64,000 nucleotides of DNA from Sphagnum compactum. Lineage: Eukaryota. Position 1 is the stretch's first letter. The number at the start of each line of letters is the position of its first letter. Made by a program: the position numbers and the translations under genes. This document shows, piece by piece, positions 62,501-64,000 of this stretch. The DNA lies in contig OZ234493.1 in assembly GCA_965153455.1 (NCBI GenBank), positions 5,704,001 through 5,768,000 of the forward strand, written 5' to 3'. Under the pieces are notes generated by a model. The model made no database searches and had not been told where the DNA came from. It saw only the letters and a program-made list of their open reading frames with translations.

Positions 62501-63814
62501 ATTCAGACAAGCTAACCGCTAAACTTATGAAGCTCCTTTCCAACAAATCATCAATCTAAACAAGAAACTTTAAATCAAATAGTATATGTTCTCATTTGGC
62601 TGTGGAACAGCCCACAAATCCTTCTTAAAGATGCAACAAATTATCTATCAGAATCCAGAGAAAACTCCACAACCACCCTTGGAAGGTAAAAAGAAAAGAA
62701 TGTGTGCCCTTGTAAAGATGCAACCACTACCCAAAGCCACCTTTCATATGGTAGCCAACAATGGTAAACAGCACAAAGAGGGTTTATCACAGAATGATTC
62801 CAAAAGCTAGAAGGTCCAAATTGAACACACCTGCCGCTTCTTACGCTGACTGGAAAGTCGAGTGTTGCATTCATTGAGCTCTTCAGTGACATCAGATGTG
62901 ATACCCTGCCTGGCTTTCTTCCCAGGTGCTTCTGACTCATTTTCAGCTTCAGGAGCTGAAACAAAGCCAGGTTAGTATTGCACTGTTCTACTTCCTCAAA
63001 CCATTTCCATATGTAGACTTCAAACCACACTAGTGGTTCAAAGTGAAACCTCTAATTTCTAAACTAGAATTCTTGCACAAAAGTCAAATAAACTCAAGAT
63101 TGACATTTGTGTTACTACTAGCTTCCACAGCCTCATCCCACATTTCAAACTAAACAACAGCAAGAAAACAATAACTGCATGTCAAAGTTCACATATTTGC
63201 ACAGCCAACCTCGTTTGCCATTGCTGGTTGCCCCAGGAGCAGTTGCTGTGGCTGATGCAGCAGGCACTTGTCTGTCTGCTTGAGCTGGTAGATCGCGGGC
63301 CCCATCCCTCAGTAGCAGATCCCGGGCCTCATCTCTCTCTTTCTTTAATCGTGCAATCACTCTGCATGCTGCATCATGCTGTATCATCCCACCTTGCATT
63401 CAATGCAAATTCCATTGCTAGTTTCACACCCATCTCTGTAACTCACCAAGTACAATTAAACAATATCATGTTGTCTATGCCTCATATAGAAAGCTAAACC
63501 CAAGATGTTCCATAGCAGTGGACCAACAGGACCAAAAAAACAGCTCTGGCTGATGATGAGTGATAGAAGTTCCCTCATTCCCCCAACCACTTTGGCAAGA
63601 TCAATCCAAGCTGTAGCAATAGCAAAGCCTAAACCACCTTCTTTGAATTCCTTGGACTTTTAATTTGGACCCCAAGATCATAAAAATCAGTTCCAAAAAA
63701 AGTAAGAGAAAGAACACAATCAGGCACCTGATATAGAGCATGGCTCAATTCCTGCCGAGCAGTGTGTAACTGCTGCTCCAGAGCATAGTTGGACAGCACA
63801 ACAGCATCCCACTC
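59569..63814 (-). CDS. PRP19: Pre-mRNA-processing factor 19 / MAC3 (coiled-coil and WD40 part; 5' U-box exons lie beyond the window)
   Basis: Exons 63814-63728, 63378-63210, 62955-62831, 62438-62322, 62205-62110, 61853-61794, 61632-61558, 61408-61304, 61015-60899, 60714-60637, 60526-60430, 60212-60161, 60019-59949, 59675-59569. Motifs: [77 protein letters not shown]. Confidence 0.95.
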
Positions 63815-64000
63815 CTGCAACAAATTGTAAGCCCAATTACCTGAATATTCTCTCCCCACAAAGTCTTTAAAAAAAAAATTCCTAGGACATTACCAAAAGT
63901 ACAACCAATATTACTGTGCTTATTATCCACAAATCAACAAGAAAGTCCCGAACCTCTCCAATATGATGTTTACACAAAGCTTTTAAAATTCACCTCAGGG

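Overview
Eukaryotic, intron-rich plant genomic DNA. A bryophyte, probably a Sphagnum-like moss, is inferred from gene style and repeat content but not proven. Nine spliced genes were rebuilt by hand from GT(GC)-AG junctions: an alpha-expansin with a long N-terminal extension (-), a CCoAOMT-like class I O-methyltransferase (+), VPS29 (-), cyclase-associated protein CAP1 (+), an intron-containing class I small heat-shock protein with promoter HSEs (+), an ATX3/4/5-type PWWP-PHD-SET H3K4 methyltransferase (+), RPS15 (-), a cyanobacterial-like GT2 glycosyltransferase (+) and the 3' part of PRP19/MAC3 (-). The AT-rich intergenic blocks hold two decayed hAT transposase remnants, two candidate solo LTRs (one splitting a transposase), foldbacks and many minisatellites. 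The most notable structure is a 6.4-kb segment (14495-20924) bounded by long inverted repeats that begin CACTA and end TAGTG, with TA on both flanks. It encloses a captured SAC/FIG4 phosphatase exon fragment plus the complete OMT and VPS29 genes, so it is a candidate Pack-CACTA-like gene-carrying unit. All alignments were done by eye; no searches were run.
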